This document shows, in pieces, positions 53,601-64,000 of a stretch of DNA of 64,000 bases. The notes under the pieces were generated by a model, which was not told the origin of the DNA, did no database searches, and saw nothing but the letters and a program-made list of their open reading frames with translations. Position 1 is the first letter of the stretch; every line of letters begins with the position of its first letter. The DNA comes from Negaprion brevirostris (taxonomy: Eukaryota), in NCBI GenBank assembly GCA_030324005.1, contig JARDVH010000106.1, positions 42,622,077 through 42,686,076 of the forward strand, written 5' to 3'. The translations under genes were made by a program, and so were the position numbers.

Positions 53601-56600
53601 TTAGAAGGATGGGGTGGGGGGTCTACTGAAACTTACAGAATACTGAAAGGCCTCGGTGGAGTGGACATGGAGAGAATGTTTCTACTAGTAGAAGAGACGA
53701 GGAGGGCATAACCTCAGAGTGAAGGGATGGTCCTTTAAAACTGAGATAAGGAGGAATTTCTTCAGTCAGATGGTGGTGAATCTATGGAACTCATTGCCAC
53801 AGAGGGCTGTGGAGGCCATGTCTCTGCCTTTAAGACAGAGAAAGGTTCTTGATCAATACGGGGATCAAGCGTTACAAGAAGGTGACAGGAAAATGGGGAT
53901 GAGAATATCAGCCATGATTGAATGGCAGAGCAGACTAGAAGGGCTGAATAGCCCAAGTCTGCTCCTATATCCTATGGACTATGACTGAATAAATTTTGGC
54001 TTGCAGGTTTTGCGTCTCCAATTTGTACAGCAAGTATTATGCACAGCCACATGATGTGACATTAGCTGTATTTCATGGGATGATGCATAAAATAAATTGG
54101 AGGCATTTAGGGTGGATGATGGACATAGAAGGGCAGCAACCAGATTCAATAAGGCATCACTGAAATTACTGCTGTCTACAGTCAATATTACAAAGTATCA
54201 ATGGGTAATACACAAGTGAAAAACTATAATTTAAGTAGTTCAATCTGACTTACCTATGATATTGTGAGAATCACTCTTACAGATGACCCAACTTTGGTCT
54301 TTGATTAATTCTGTGGTCTCTTTAATCCAACAACCTTGGAGAAGACTCCTGACAAAATATTCAGCAAAGGAATGAGAAGTTAAGAATCCTCTCCTGCCTA
54401 CCTTTTGTTATATGTGTGAATAATGCAATCAGATAGTATGTCAAATTGTGAGGTCTGTAGTTAAGACTGGTACTGATCTTTTGCGAATATCACACTGTCA
54501 TTAGCCATTGCACCCACTCTTTAGAAATATGCATAACTGTGTGCTTAATACTTTTCCTGCTCCCTATATGGTCTACTTCTGAGAAAGACCCTAAACGATA
54601 CAAAGCACCATGAAGCATTCACACTTCAGACACAATGAATAAAACAAATTGGACAGGATTCCAGATGAAGGAACTTAACTCAAAGTGCTACTGAACAGGA
54701 AGGAAGGAAGGTGCTTTTCTTAATCATCAGATGCCTCAAAGTACTTGACAGCAATGAAGTTTTTTATTAAGGCGTAGTCACTGTTGGAATGTAGGAAACA
54801 TAACAATTAATCTATGCACTGGGTGGGAATGGTAGGAATGCAGTATGCATTAGTGAGGTAGCAATTTCCACAAAACGTGTTGACATGCCCAGACTTGAGG
54901 AGCTAAACACTTACCTTTGATAGTGTGCTATTCTATGATGTTATCAATGAATGGGTTTACCCTAGGATGAGTTTGACTTCAGTAAGTACAGAGTTTGGAT
55001 TTTGGTCAGATGTTAGGGATTGTTAAAATCCCAGTTGATGTTCATACTGGATGGGAAAATTCCAGAATGAAACCCTGGCTCAAAAGATTGTAACTTTTAC
55101 CTTTTTTTAATAAAACATGGAAGAACTGAGTCACAGCACTGCTAATTAGAAAGAAACATTTATTAACCATGTAAAGTTTGATTATGATAAAATACTCCCT
55201 TGATCCCCCCCATAGTTCACAAATGTGTGTAGTTTTCAAAGGTAGCACCCTACTCTGAAACCAAATAGCTGATGTCACTCAACTGATCTTCCATGAATTT
55301 TTCTCATAATCTCCGCAAATAAAACTCCACTCTCANNNNNNNNNNNNNNNNNNNNNNNNNNNAAATGATATTTTCCATCAGCTGTTCGCATTAAAACTGC
55401 ACTCCAATTATCATGTCCATAAAAGCTTCTGCTCCACTTTTTAACAAAGACAAAGTTTCTGCTTCACCTTTTAACAAGGAATCCAGCACCAGGTTTTCCA
55501 CCTCACCTTTCAGATTTATTTTGTATTAAGTGCTTTTACGTAAACACAGGCATACAGTCCTCAATAGAATAATATTGTTTCAGACACCGGGAATAGGAAC
55601 AACAAACCACATGATTGCATCAGATACGTGGCTTGTATGTCACCAATCTCATCAGCTCTCCTCTTCCCAGGTCTGACTTTGACTTTCATAAGCAGTATCC
55701 TGTTTTGAAAGACAATTCTTCTTAGATCCTTTTTACTTCAATATTCCTGGAGCTTCTTTTCCATCCCCTGGCTTCTACAACTTGTTTTCTTGCATCTTAC
55801 TCCATTGTATGGCTTCTCTGCTTCTAGCTGAGCTATGAGTTACTTTCTCTTTAATTCCCAGCTCCAAATGCTATAACTCCAACCAAAACCAAACTCAAAG
55901 AGCCTATGAACCCTAAAGATGCCTCTGGTTACTAAACAATGACTTCATCCTTTTCCCAGTTTGTTTGCATTTTCACATCGTAACCTTCTCTTAGCACATT
56001 AGAAGCATAGTTTGAACCAAAACCAAAAAAAACCTCTGTCTAACATAAATCTAACTATAGGTTTCCCCTTCCTCACAGAGCAACACTAAAATAAACCCAC
56101 TTAAAACTGTACCTGATTTCTAATATTTAGCAATACAAATATAGATCACGTAAAACTACCTCTGTTTTGCTGACAAGGTCAAATTTTACAGAAAATTAGC
56201 CATTACATAAATATATATGTTTGTTCTAAATCAGATAGATTTTTTGTTTGCAACATTTTCAATTCAGTGCATGATGCAAGTGCCTTGGGTTTTATGAAGT
56301 TAAGTCAGAAAATAACTATTTATGTCGAAACACAAGCGTCATTGGTTGCATGAGTTAACAACACTGTTATGCAAACTTGGAATTGTTGAATTTGATAGCT
56401 GTTTACAGTGTAAAGAAACATGATTTATGTCTTTCTAGCACCAACCAAATCCATTGGCTCCTCCAAGCTATCTACACAAATTACCATTGGTGTAGTTCTG
56501 GCAGTGCTAGCCATTGGAATGATTTTTATGTTGCTACGCTATGTTCATGTAAGTAACAAAAAAATTCCTGTGTTTAAACATAATTATACATTTGATATTT

Positions 56601-59286
56601 TGGACTATTTTAAGTAATTTAATAAACATAATAATGTTTTCTTTAGTTTGTTGCCTCAAAGCATTTTTACATTTGTCTAATTAATATGGAATTGATAAAC
56701 TGAATTATGGTTATTCAAACATTTTCTTAAATCTTCAATTCTTCTGGTTTATTAGAAATCTTGCTACTTAAAAATGCAAATTAAACCAATATTTGGAGAC
56801 TGAAAAGCCTAGGTTAGGTATGCATCTCATTCAAGATAACCAACTTTATTAAACAACAACAGCCATTTATGTAATGAAATGTTCCCAGAAGCATTATAAG
56901 ACCATGGCAAGCCACATCAGGAGATATTAGATCAGATGACCAAAAGCTTGATCAAAGAGGTGGGTATTAAGGAGTGCCTTAAAGGGGGGAAGCATGGTAG
57001 AGAAGGAGGGAATTCCAGAACCTGGGGTCTAAGCATCTAAAAGCACAGCCACCAATGGTGGAGCGCTTTATTACTGGAAATGCAAAAGAGACTAAAATTA
57101 GGGGAGGGACATTGTGGGGCTGGGAGAGATTACAGAGATAAAACACAGAAAATAGGAGCAGAAGTAGGTCATTTGGTCCATCAAGACTACTCCGCCATTC
57201 ATTATGATCGTGGCAGATCATCTAATTCAGAAGCCTGTTCCTGTTTACCCTGATGTCCTTCAATCCCTTTAGCCCAAGACCTATATCTAGCTCCTTCCTG
57301 AAAACGTACAATATTTTGGCCTTAACTGCCATCTGTGGCAGAGAATTCCACTCTCTGGATGAAAAAATTTCTTCTCATCTCAAACTGAAATGGTCCATGC
57401 CGTATCCTCCGACTGTGAATCCTGGTTCTGGGCTCCCCTTCTATACAGGTTAGAATTTTATAGGCTAATATGAGATCCCCCCTCATTTTTCTAAATTCCA
57501 GCAAAAATAATCCTAACTGACTCTATCTCTCCTCATGTGTCAGTCCTGCCATTCCAGTAATCAGTCTGCTAAACCTTCAGTACACTCCCTCTGCAGCAAG
57601 AACATCCTTCCTCAGGTGAGGAGACCAAAAATACACACAATAGTCCAAATGTGATGTCTCACCAAAGCCCTGTATAACTGCAGCAAGATATCCCTGCTCC
57701 TGTATTCAAATTATTTTGCTATGAAGACCAACATATAATTTGCCTTCTTCACCGCCTGCCACATCAGCAGGTACAGGCAAGACCATGAAGTGATTTGAAT
57801 GCCAAGATGTGAATTTGAAAGTCAAGATATTGCTTTATCGAGAAGGTCAGTGAGCACAGAGCTGATAAGGGAATTGTACGCTGCAAGTTAAGAGACAAAC
57901 AACAGTTTTGGTTGATCTCAACTTTACAGATGGTAGAATGTGGCAGATCAGCCGGGACAGTGTTGAGTTTAGTGATAATAAAGATAAGAATGAGGGTTTC
58001 AGCAGCAGATGAGCCGAGACAGGGACGAGGTCTTGGGGCATTACTAAGGGAGGTCTTGGGGCATTACTTAATGCATAAAAAGGTTTTATCATGTTGCCTT
58101 TGAGTATTTTGTCAACCACCTCTGTTTCACAGAGGCACAGAATTGTTATGATACCGAATGAGTTTTCATGATGCCATGGATATGAAATTGAAGCTCATCT
58201 CAGGATCAAATGTGAAAAAGCTGGCTTAATCTTAGACTATTGCCAAGGAGGGGGTTGGAGTCAGTAGCTGGAGATCCAAGTTTGGATAAGAGACTGAAAA
58301 CAATGGCTTCAATCTTCCCGATATTTAATTGCACAAAATTTCTGCTCATCCAGCACTGGACGTTGGGTATACATTCTGATAATTAAGAAATGGTGGAGGA
58401 TTCGAGAGAGGTGGTGGTGAGGTAGAGGTGGTGGTGTCGGGAGCATAAACATAATACTGAAACTGCTTTTGGATGATGTCACTGAGAATCAGCATGTAGA
58501 TGAGAAATAGGTGGAGGACCAAGGATAGATCCTTGGGTACCCCAGGGGAACAGGAAGAGAAGCCATTCTAAGTGATTCAATAGCTGTGCTTTGATAGATA
58601 AGGATGGAGCCATGTGAGGGCATCCCATCCATCTAAACAACAGTGAAGAATCATTGGAGGAAAATGGGGTGCTCAGTTGTGTCAAGACTGTAGAGAGATT
58701 GAGAAGGACAGAGAAGAAAAGTTTACCTTTGTGACAGTCACATAGGATGTCATTTGTGACTTTGGTAAGTACAGTTTCAGAAGTGCAACAGGGGATTACT
58801 TTTCAATGGCAGTTACACCATTATATGATGCTTTACTGGAGATGAGGCTGAGATGGGAAAAGGTTTTTAAAAAAGAGTAGACTATTCAGTCCCTTGAGTC
58901 TGTTCAGATACCCAATCAGATCATGAGAAAAACATATCAATCTCTCATTTTTGAATACTTCAATTGATGCAGCATCCAGTCTTTTGGGGGAAGAAAATTC
59001 TAGATTTCTACATCCCTTTGTATATTCCTAAATTAATTTGTAGACAGGTGATGCTTATATCAGAAAACTTTGATGACGATATCAATTCATGTTTTTTTTG
59101 TCTGACTTTCTTGTTTTGCAGCGGAGGAAATCCAGAGTCAATTTACCAAACCAAATCAATATAATCTTGAAAAACACATCTGACATGGATAATCAGGACA
59201 ACAAACAGCAGCTGAACAGGCCAATGGCAACCAACAGCGATTGTGAAGATGTGTGCGATAACTATATAAACGTCTCATTACACTAG
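29495..59286 (+). CDS. Spliced gene for a type-I Ig-superfamily receptor, TIGIT/CD96/CD226-like: V exon(s), stalk, TM, cytoplasmic tail with ITT-like Tyr motif; leader exon not securely located
   Basis: Exons 29495-gap, 32281-32598, 35608-35667, 56439-56548 and 59122-59286 have AG/GT boundaries where visible. Their phases are compatible (1-1, 1-1, 1-0, 0-stop) and join into an open frame V-stalk-TM-tail. Confidence 0.8.
30613..32011 (+). repeat. Diverged ~140-bp direct repeat pair (30613-30752 and 31878-32011)
   Basis: Both copies read gtacataatctgga.tcaaatttcagtagactgttgaag...gtatgaacaaattcagttgtggtttgggct.tgtgctttcaatgggtt. Confidence 0.9.
30968..31500 (-). mobile_element. CR1 3' fragment
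   Basis: Minus ORFs PHLEVFVQFW...LEKLGLFTLEK and VRIWNAFPESVFE. Confidence 0.8.
32281..32598 (+). CDS. Complete Ig V-set exon copy 2, nectin/PVR-receptor family
   Basis: Acceptor ttctctacttag, donor AAAG|gtaaag, 318 nt, phase 1-1. Contains VTLRC...VEW...DKGWYSC and the T(F/Y)PxG motif (TYPNG). The segment DKGWYSCIFQTYPNGKQEDQIYLDV resembles human TIGIT DTGEYFCIYHTYPDGTYTGRIFLEV (recalled, not searched). Confidence 0.92.
32673..32982 (-). mobile_element. tRNA-derived SINE (HE1-like)
   Basis: Same family as 1408-1740. Confidence 0.85.
33034..33240 (+). repeat. Minisatellite, ~38-40-bp unit, ~5 copies
   Basis: Consensus approximately ctctcactcctgtccacagagccccaggagtatctctact. Confidence 0.85.
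33895..34722 (+). mobile_element. Penelope-like element with inverted 5' pLTR and GIY-YIG endonuclease C-terminal fragment
   Basis: ORF 34182-34478 MNEHRSTI...LPVGEHLSGHGHS..DLWVNILQG...EQKLIAKFRT. Arms at about 33895-34173 and 34448-34682 are inverted repeats. Confidence 0.9.
33953..33987 (-). ncRNA. Minimal hammerhead ribozyme (PLE type)
   Basis: CAC CUGAUGA A GGAAC AGA GUUCC GAA AGCU A GUG with fully paired stem II. Confidence 0.78.
35270..35570 (+). mobile_element. SINE (SacSINE/DeuSINE-like)
   Basis: gggaaggaaatctgccatccttacctggtc core and gggcaataaatgctgg...gaatgaat tail. Confidence 0.8.
35608..35667 (+). CDS. Probable short stalk exon (D)VNITKIKQSHMEYFPIYIS
   Basis: Acceptor ttttgtcattaacag, strong donor TCAG|gtgaga, 60 nt, phase 1-1, no stop, carries N-glycosylation sequon NIT. 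Confidence 0.5.
36385..36550 (-). mobile_element. SINE 3' fragment (HE1-like)
   Basis: cagaatccctacagt...ggggcaatttag...caatcaacctaacc. Confidence 0.75.
36800..38500 (-). mobile_element. Degraded L2 LINE with nested SINE (about 37000-37268)
   Basis: Minus ORF LITLLKLSAAFDMVGYTILLQCL matches the L2 RT motif LLDLSAAFDTVDH. Confidence 0.75.
38785..38946 (+). mobile_element. Rex1/Babar-like LINE fragment preceded by a SINE head
   Basis: KFLGVQITNNLFWS...AIVKK resembles the Rex1-type RT C-terminal FKFLG...LSW motif. Confidence 0.6.
40722..40992 (+). mobile_element. tRNA-derived SINE (HE1-like)
   Basis: gcagcatggtggcacagtgg...tgtgtggagtttgcac...tccaaagatgtgcagg. Confidence 0.8.
40993..41139 (+). 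repeat. 21-bp minisatellite, 7 copies
   Basis: Consensus cctgcaccatggagttcatgt. Confidence 0.9.
41148..41667. repeat. ~95-bp inverted repeat (41148-41241 and 41566-41667)
   Basis: aacctcacaaaaatatataccttagtgaa...gatccacagca is reverse-complementary to tgctgtggatc...ttcactaaggtgtatatttttgtgaggtt, with a few mismatches and one indel. Confidence 0.9.
41690..42537 (-). mobile_element. Harbinger-type Myb/SANT-like gene remnant
   Basis: FSESALARMLNAVEERHNILYP..G...QCQKGVNDALRPAR|gtaagt, with the same intron position as the copy near 27060. Confidence 0.7.
43244..43942. repeat. 69-bp near-perfect inverted repeats at both ends of a gap-bounded contig
   Basis: 43244-43312 versus 43874-43942, one mismatch seen. 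The AT-rich spacer contains a short (TA)n near 43677-43695. Confidence 0.9.
44665..45850 (-). mobile_element. LINE 3' region with nested insertions
   Basis: Minus ORF TIYKAQVRSVMEYPPLAWMSAAP..LKKLNTIQDKAAHLIG; tail near 44670-44760. Confidence 0.8.
45020..45420 (-). mobile_element. Tx1/L1-like LINE 3' fragment nested in the LINE above
   Basis: Minus-strand remnants NLLLA...CPSTAAILVAGCPWRRS / RVSLEKEH resemble Tx1 ORF2 C-termini; T-rich tail on the minus strand. Confidence 0.5.
46750..47600 (-). mobile_element. Degraded L2-like LINE (endonuclease-side fragment)
   Basis: Frameshifted remnants and composition like the other L2 copies in the window. Confidence 0.4.
49525..50530 (-). mobile_element. 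LINE RT and 3' fragment
   Basis: Minus ORF DIKATFDQMWYHG...AGVPQ...PTIFSCFINDL contains RT motifs. Confidence 0.85.
51350..53985 (+). mobile_element. Long, internally deleted, inactive CR1 LINE (ORF1 esterase, APE endonuclease, RT, 3' tail)
   Basis: VHVGINNIG...VIISGLL (SGNH esterase); YLNACSTRNK...GTTETWL (APE); QGSVLGPQLF..INDL...KF.DD (RT). Many stops and frameshifts, and a large deletion near 52490. Confidence 0.93.
55011..56175. mobile_element. Solo-LTR-like repeat
   Basis: TGTTAG...CTGACA termini and homology to 1950-3365; no clear target-site duplication. Confidence 0.45.
56439..56548 (+). CDS. Transmembrane exon (A)PTKSIGSSKLSTQITIGVVLAVLAIGMIFMLLRYVH
   Basis: Acceptor tatgtctttctag, donor CAT|gtaagt, phase 1-0. 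A 19-aa uncharged hydrophobic stretch is followed by basic residues. Confidence 0.85.
56850..58800 (-). mobile_element. L2 LINE 3' region with nested CR1 3' fragment (about 57140-57760, minus)
   Basis: L2 remnants QGSILGPP and STIGGCAF...FWNSL; nested CR1 remnant LEFRKMRGDLILAYKIL. Confidence 0.8.
59122..59286 (+). CDS. Terminal cytoplasmic exon RRKSRVNLPNQ...SDCEDVCDNYINVSLH*
   Basis: Acceptor ctttcttgttttgcag, phase 0 matching the TM exon donor. Begins with basic stop-transfer RRKSR, has YINV near the C-terminus and ends at TAG. Confidence 0.85.
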   Translation, partial: RRKSRVNLPNQINIILKNTSDMDNQDNKQQLNRPMATNSDCEDVCDNYINVSLH

Positions 59287-59388
59287 TCTCGCAATTAGTT
59301 ATAAACTAAAAAAATCATGGTTTTTGAAAAACAAATGTCACACAGCTTTACATTGGTGAAGACTGGTAGCAGTGAAGAATAATACTCA

Positions 59389-59762
59389 AATAAAGAAAAA
59401 AACATGAAAGCTCAACACTTGTTGCACATTATACTTCGATTTCCAAAGATGCCACTGTGTAAAAATAATCCAGCTGACACTGTATTGCCCCTCAACTTTC
59501 AAAATATTTTGTGGTTCAACAACATTGTTTTTGATATTTTTATATGTAAAAAACATTGCAGCTGAGTTAAGAAGTTGTTGTGAAGATGATCTGCCACCCC
59601 TTCAGATATTTCAGGGTATTTCCAGGTTATGTACATCATAGAATGATGCAAATGTTTAAATAGTATGGAAATTAGTTGCAATAAATTAACCAGTTCAGAT
59701 TAATGAAGAATGCACAAAAACATTAATGATTAAACATTTATTGTCTTGCTTCAAAAAATAAA
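59389..59762 (+). terminator. Candidate polyadenylation signals of the receptor gene
   Basis: AATAAA at 59389, 59680 and 59757 in the AT-rich region after the stop codon. Which one is used is unknown. Confidence 0.4.
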
Positions 59763-60254
59763 CAAATGTGGAAGAAATTAAGACTTGGAATTATTATACT
59801 TTAATATGTTCTATGGATCTTTATTAGGAGGTGCTGTTTTCAATTCCACAGTTTTGGGCTTTTCATTCTGTCTTGAAAGTAATATGGCTGGATTTCCTGC
59901 CCGTCTCTGGACTTGTTCAGCCTAAATGTATCATGAGTGCTTTTTTGCCCTCGGCTCTCAATCAACTTTACCCCACCAAGATCTTGCATTGCCAAGGAGA
60001 GAGCACCTGAAACATGGCTGCAATTCTGGTGTAATAGACAATCGTGCAGCATACTTGCTGAAGGTACAAATTAAAGCACAGGTCTGTGCTCAGGCACCTC
60101 AATCAAATATGAGGTCTGTGATCAAACACAACCCATGGTGCAGAAAAACTGTATAGAAACAATTTAATTATAGGATACTTGTGAGTTGCTTTATTATTAA
60201 TGCAGGTGTAAACACTTCACATACCTAGTTCTTCATGAAGTTTACTACATCTTG

Positions 60255-60520
60255 CAGGTGGCAAGCACTGATGCTTCACAACACTGGGGATCCAGGTTCA
60301 ATTCTAGCCTTGGGTGACCCCATGTCTGCATGGGTTTCTGCTGACACTCCAAAGATGTGTGGGTTAGGTTGATTGGATGTGGTAAATTGACCCTGGTAAA
60401 GTGTCAGGGGGACTAGCAATGTAAATTAATGGGGTTACCAGGGAGGGATTCTTGTTGGTGCAGGCTTGATGGGCTAAATGGCCTCCTTCCACTCTGTAGG
60501 GATTTTATGATTCTATGATC
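60255..60520 (+). mobile_element. tRNA-derived SINE (HE1-like, degraded)
   Basis: ggttcaattct B box, tccaaagatgtgtgggttagg core and (tgattcta) tail. Confidence 0.75.
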
Positions 60521-62882
60521 TTTCTATCTGAGTGTATACAGTGGGGTGGTTTGGTAGCAGGCTCAAAGGCACCAAGAATTCATAATCTGGCTCAGATTTG
60601 ATTATGAAGTCTAATTTCTTAGTCAGTGGCAAAATGTCCAAAGGAGAAACATTGACAGTTCTTGCCAAACAGCTGCACATCTAGTTTCCTATGAGACAAA
60701 CTATGACACCTCTGCTTTCTACACATCAGGTCTGCATTCTTACTGTATAGAAAAGATAGAGTCATTTTGGAAAAGTTTTTCAATAGCTATAACAAGGTGN
60801 NNNNNNNNNNNNNNNNNNNNNNNNNNNNNNNNNNNNNNNNNNNNNNNNNNNNNNNNNNNNNNNNNNNNNNNNNNNNNNNNNNNNNNNNNNNNNNNNNNNG
60901 GGGCAGGCTCGTAGGGCTAGATGGCCTACTCCTGCTCCTATTTCTTATGTTCTTATTAATTTATTAAGATTTCCCTGTAAGCTTTCACAGAATTGTCTTG
61001 GCTCTTAATTGCCAAATGTTTGTGTGAGGCTGTTGAAGACTGATGAGAAATCTCAGTCTACATCTTTTAGCACAGTTAGACTTCCCATAAATGTTTGAAT
61101 TGTTGCTGAAATTTGGTGTGTATTTTTAATTAGTGTTTTCAAATGATGCAAGTATTTTAGACAGCACGCTTCAATGAAAAATATGAAATGATTGCTGTAC
61201 AGTACTTAAAACTGCTTCTCATAAATAGGCAAGATTAGCATTGTATTCAGTTGATATTATGTGTCTATTAACACACTCTAATACAATTTTAGTTTAAGAA
61301 AGGCAGTTCGTCTACTTGATTTTATGCAGATGAATTAACAGTTTTAAACTGCCTTAATTCACACATTCTGTTCCTGAGACCATCACTTCAGAGGCAGACA
61401 CAATACAAAGTGAAACTAATGCACAGGCCTCTCAAGGAAACAAGTCATCTAAACGAAAGGGAAAGCTTTCCATAATTGCATACAAAACATATTTGTGGAT
61501 AGAATGACAGCTTTACAGAGATTCAACTTAAATAAATATTACAAAATCCATAATTTATAGTGACATACAATAAGATAGCAATAATTACATAATCTGTGCC
61601 ACAACTAGAATCTGATACCCCATAAAATTTGACAGCTTGTACTGTTCCACTCTCCTGAACCAAGATTGAAATTAGCTGCTACCAGCTCTTGGGCTCTGTA
61701 AATAATCCCCAGATTGGAACTGGAGTAATTTCTTAAGTGAGGATGGCACTCTCCTGCTCTTTGAGACCGAGACTTTGCTGTTTGCTGATCTCGTTCGCAG
61801 TTTGATTTAATCTCCATCTGAATTTTCTAGAGGAATTTCCTAGAGGATGTTACATCTCAGTTCAATTAATTAATATTGTGGCTCCCTTCACTAGAATCTG
61901 AATCCCTTACATTTTCTGAGATATTTCCTTAATCTGCTGGCCCTCATCATGCCACATTCAAAAACCGACAGTAGTGATTTCTAGCCAGCTGTTAAACGCA
62001 GGCTACGTACTAACTTGGTGTTGGCTGACGAATGAGACCTTGGATCCTGTTAACTTGTAAATCATCGTTGTATCATTTGATCTTGTGTTGTCTGCTTTCT
62101 ACAGGCAGTAAAAGGTAATAAAAACAAATAAAAATGCCTCGAGGAGGACATCCAACTCCCTTCCACGTGGGACAAAATCAAAACTATGAAATTACAATAT
62201 TATGTAACCTAGGAACGTTAATCTAATTCATTGTGGTTAAAATCATAGTTTTTCGTTATGTATGTCAAGACAGTTAGAATTCCCCCAGCATTTGGGAGCA
62301 CTGCAGTAACAGAAGGGCAGGAAATGGTGAGTGCAGAATCTCTTAAAGAGCTGTTGACGATTAGCTTTCCGCCTGCACAAAGGTGAGGTCTAGAACAAGT
62401 AATAAAACTGACAATGAAAATTCTGCATCTGCTGTGAGAAGAGAGGTAGATTTGAGAGGTTACTATTTTGATGCTGATGCCTCCCATTCAACTGCATCTG
62501 AAGAAAGCATGCAAAGAGATGACCAGTTCTGTTATTGCTGTCTCCTGTCTACATAGGTCAGCAAAGTAAATGAGAAAGATATGTTTTGATCTGGAGATAA
62601 CCATCAAAGTTGGCTGAATAATAGAAAGTCTGTACACATCATTGTTTCCACCAGTTATAACTTGGTAACTGCCAATGGAAAAAGTTTCCTTTACTTCAGT
62701 GGACTGATGGATGCTTTGTTACTGGCAGCTGTGGCTCTTCAAACTGTTCTGTAGCCATTACCATGATTTTTTTTTTTTACTCATNNNNNNNNNNNNNNNN
62801 NNNNNNNNNNNNNNNNNNNNNNNNNNNNNNNNNNNNNNNNNNNNNNNNNNNNNNNNNNNNNNNNNNNNNNNNNNNNNNNNNN

Positions 62883-63062
62883 ACATTAGTGAACCAGATG
62901 GGATTTTCTGACAATTGACAATGGTTTCATGGTCATCAATAGATTCTTAATTCCAGATTATTCTTTTGTTGAATTTGAATTCAACCACCTGCCATGGCAG
63001 GATTCAAACCTGGAACATTAACTAAGTTTCTGGATTAATACCGTGAGGCCATTGCCTTCCCA
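62883..63062 (-). mobile_element. SINE 5' fragment (SacSINE-like)
   Basis: Homologous to about 5330-5500. Confidence 0.7.
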
Positions 63063-64000
63063 TGTGTGTGCGTCTGATATTAATCATTAATTACATTGGC
63101 TAATCAAATATTTTGTGAACTATATTAAAAAGACTTTTAAACAAACAAGACACTGACTTAAGATAGCTGCCAGAGGTCATATCTGTCTGATATGACAAGT
63201 TGGACTTTTTCTGGAAGGTTCCAAATTAATTAAGGTTAATACATGCCAAGACAACTTCCCACAGAAATTCTCATCTGCTGATGTTAAAAACTACTTCAAA
63301 AGATGAACCAAGCCACAGAATTCTTACCACTTGCATTTCTATAAAGCTATATTTCAAGTACAGACAGAGTGTGGAATTTTCCCATCCTGCCCCACCCACT
63401 ACAATTCTCTTGCAAAGGGTCCGTTAACGTTGGATGGAACTTTCCGGTCTTGGGGTGAGCGTGGCCAGAAAATCCCACCCAGAAAGTCTACCAGGACAAT
63501 AGTTATTTAGAGGGCATTCTTCCTATCTCATCAAGGGGGAGTATGAATCATCCAGGAGTTAATGGCTGGTACATTAAAGAATCTAATCACCTAGGACATA
63601 GCAATAATCAAGGTCTGTCCGGACATGAGCTGATAAATTATCTTCTGAAGTTGTGATGGGGAGAGAGACCATGTGACCAGAATAACCGCTTTGAAATGTA
63701 TTTTGTTAAAACACCCAAGCTATTTAAAAAAAAGATTCTGGAAGAAACCTGCCAATGGTATAGAAACATTATTTCTTATATTAAAGACACTTTTTCTAAT
63801 ACATCTTGGAAGCAACTACAGAGGTAGTCAAATTCCATCAAAAAGGAACACGTGATATGACTGCATTGACGATTAGAAAAGATACGTCATGGTTTAAAAG
63901 AGATTGTCTCCAGAAATTGCGGTATACATCTGTCTCAATTCCACTGGAATTCCAAGACCACTATGAAAAGATTCTACCTCAGTGATGGACTCAAACAGTG

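Noticed and set aside
61605-62487. Minus-strand ORFs as exons of a downstream neighbouring gene
   Set aside because: No recognisable domain or consistent splice pattern.

Overview
This is eukaryotic, repeat-rich vertebrate DNA, most likely from a shark or other elasmobranch, judged from its CR1/L2 LINEs, HE1-like tRNA SINEs, Penelope-like elements and Harbinger remnants. It comes from a gapped draft assembly with many 10-N and 100-N gaps, often with duplicated flanks. Nearly all listed ORFs are spurious or transposon debris. The one supportable host gene is a spliced + strand type-I Ig-superfamily receptor of the nectin/PVR-receptor family (TIGIT/CD96/CD226-like). It has two tandem paralogous V-set exons (29495-gap and 32281-32598), a probable 60-nt stalk exon, a TM exon (56439-56548) and a cytoplasmic exon (59122-59286) ending in an ITT-like DNYINV motif with no ITIM. 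Also notable are Penelope-like elements with minimal hammerhead ribozymes showing a compensatory stem change, several local inverted and direct duplications, and a mucin-like 30-bp repeat. All calls were made by eye without database searches, and repeat boundaries are approximate.
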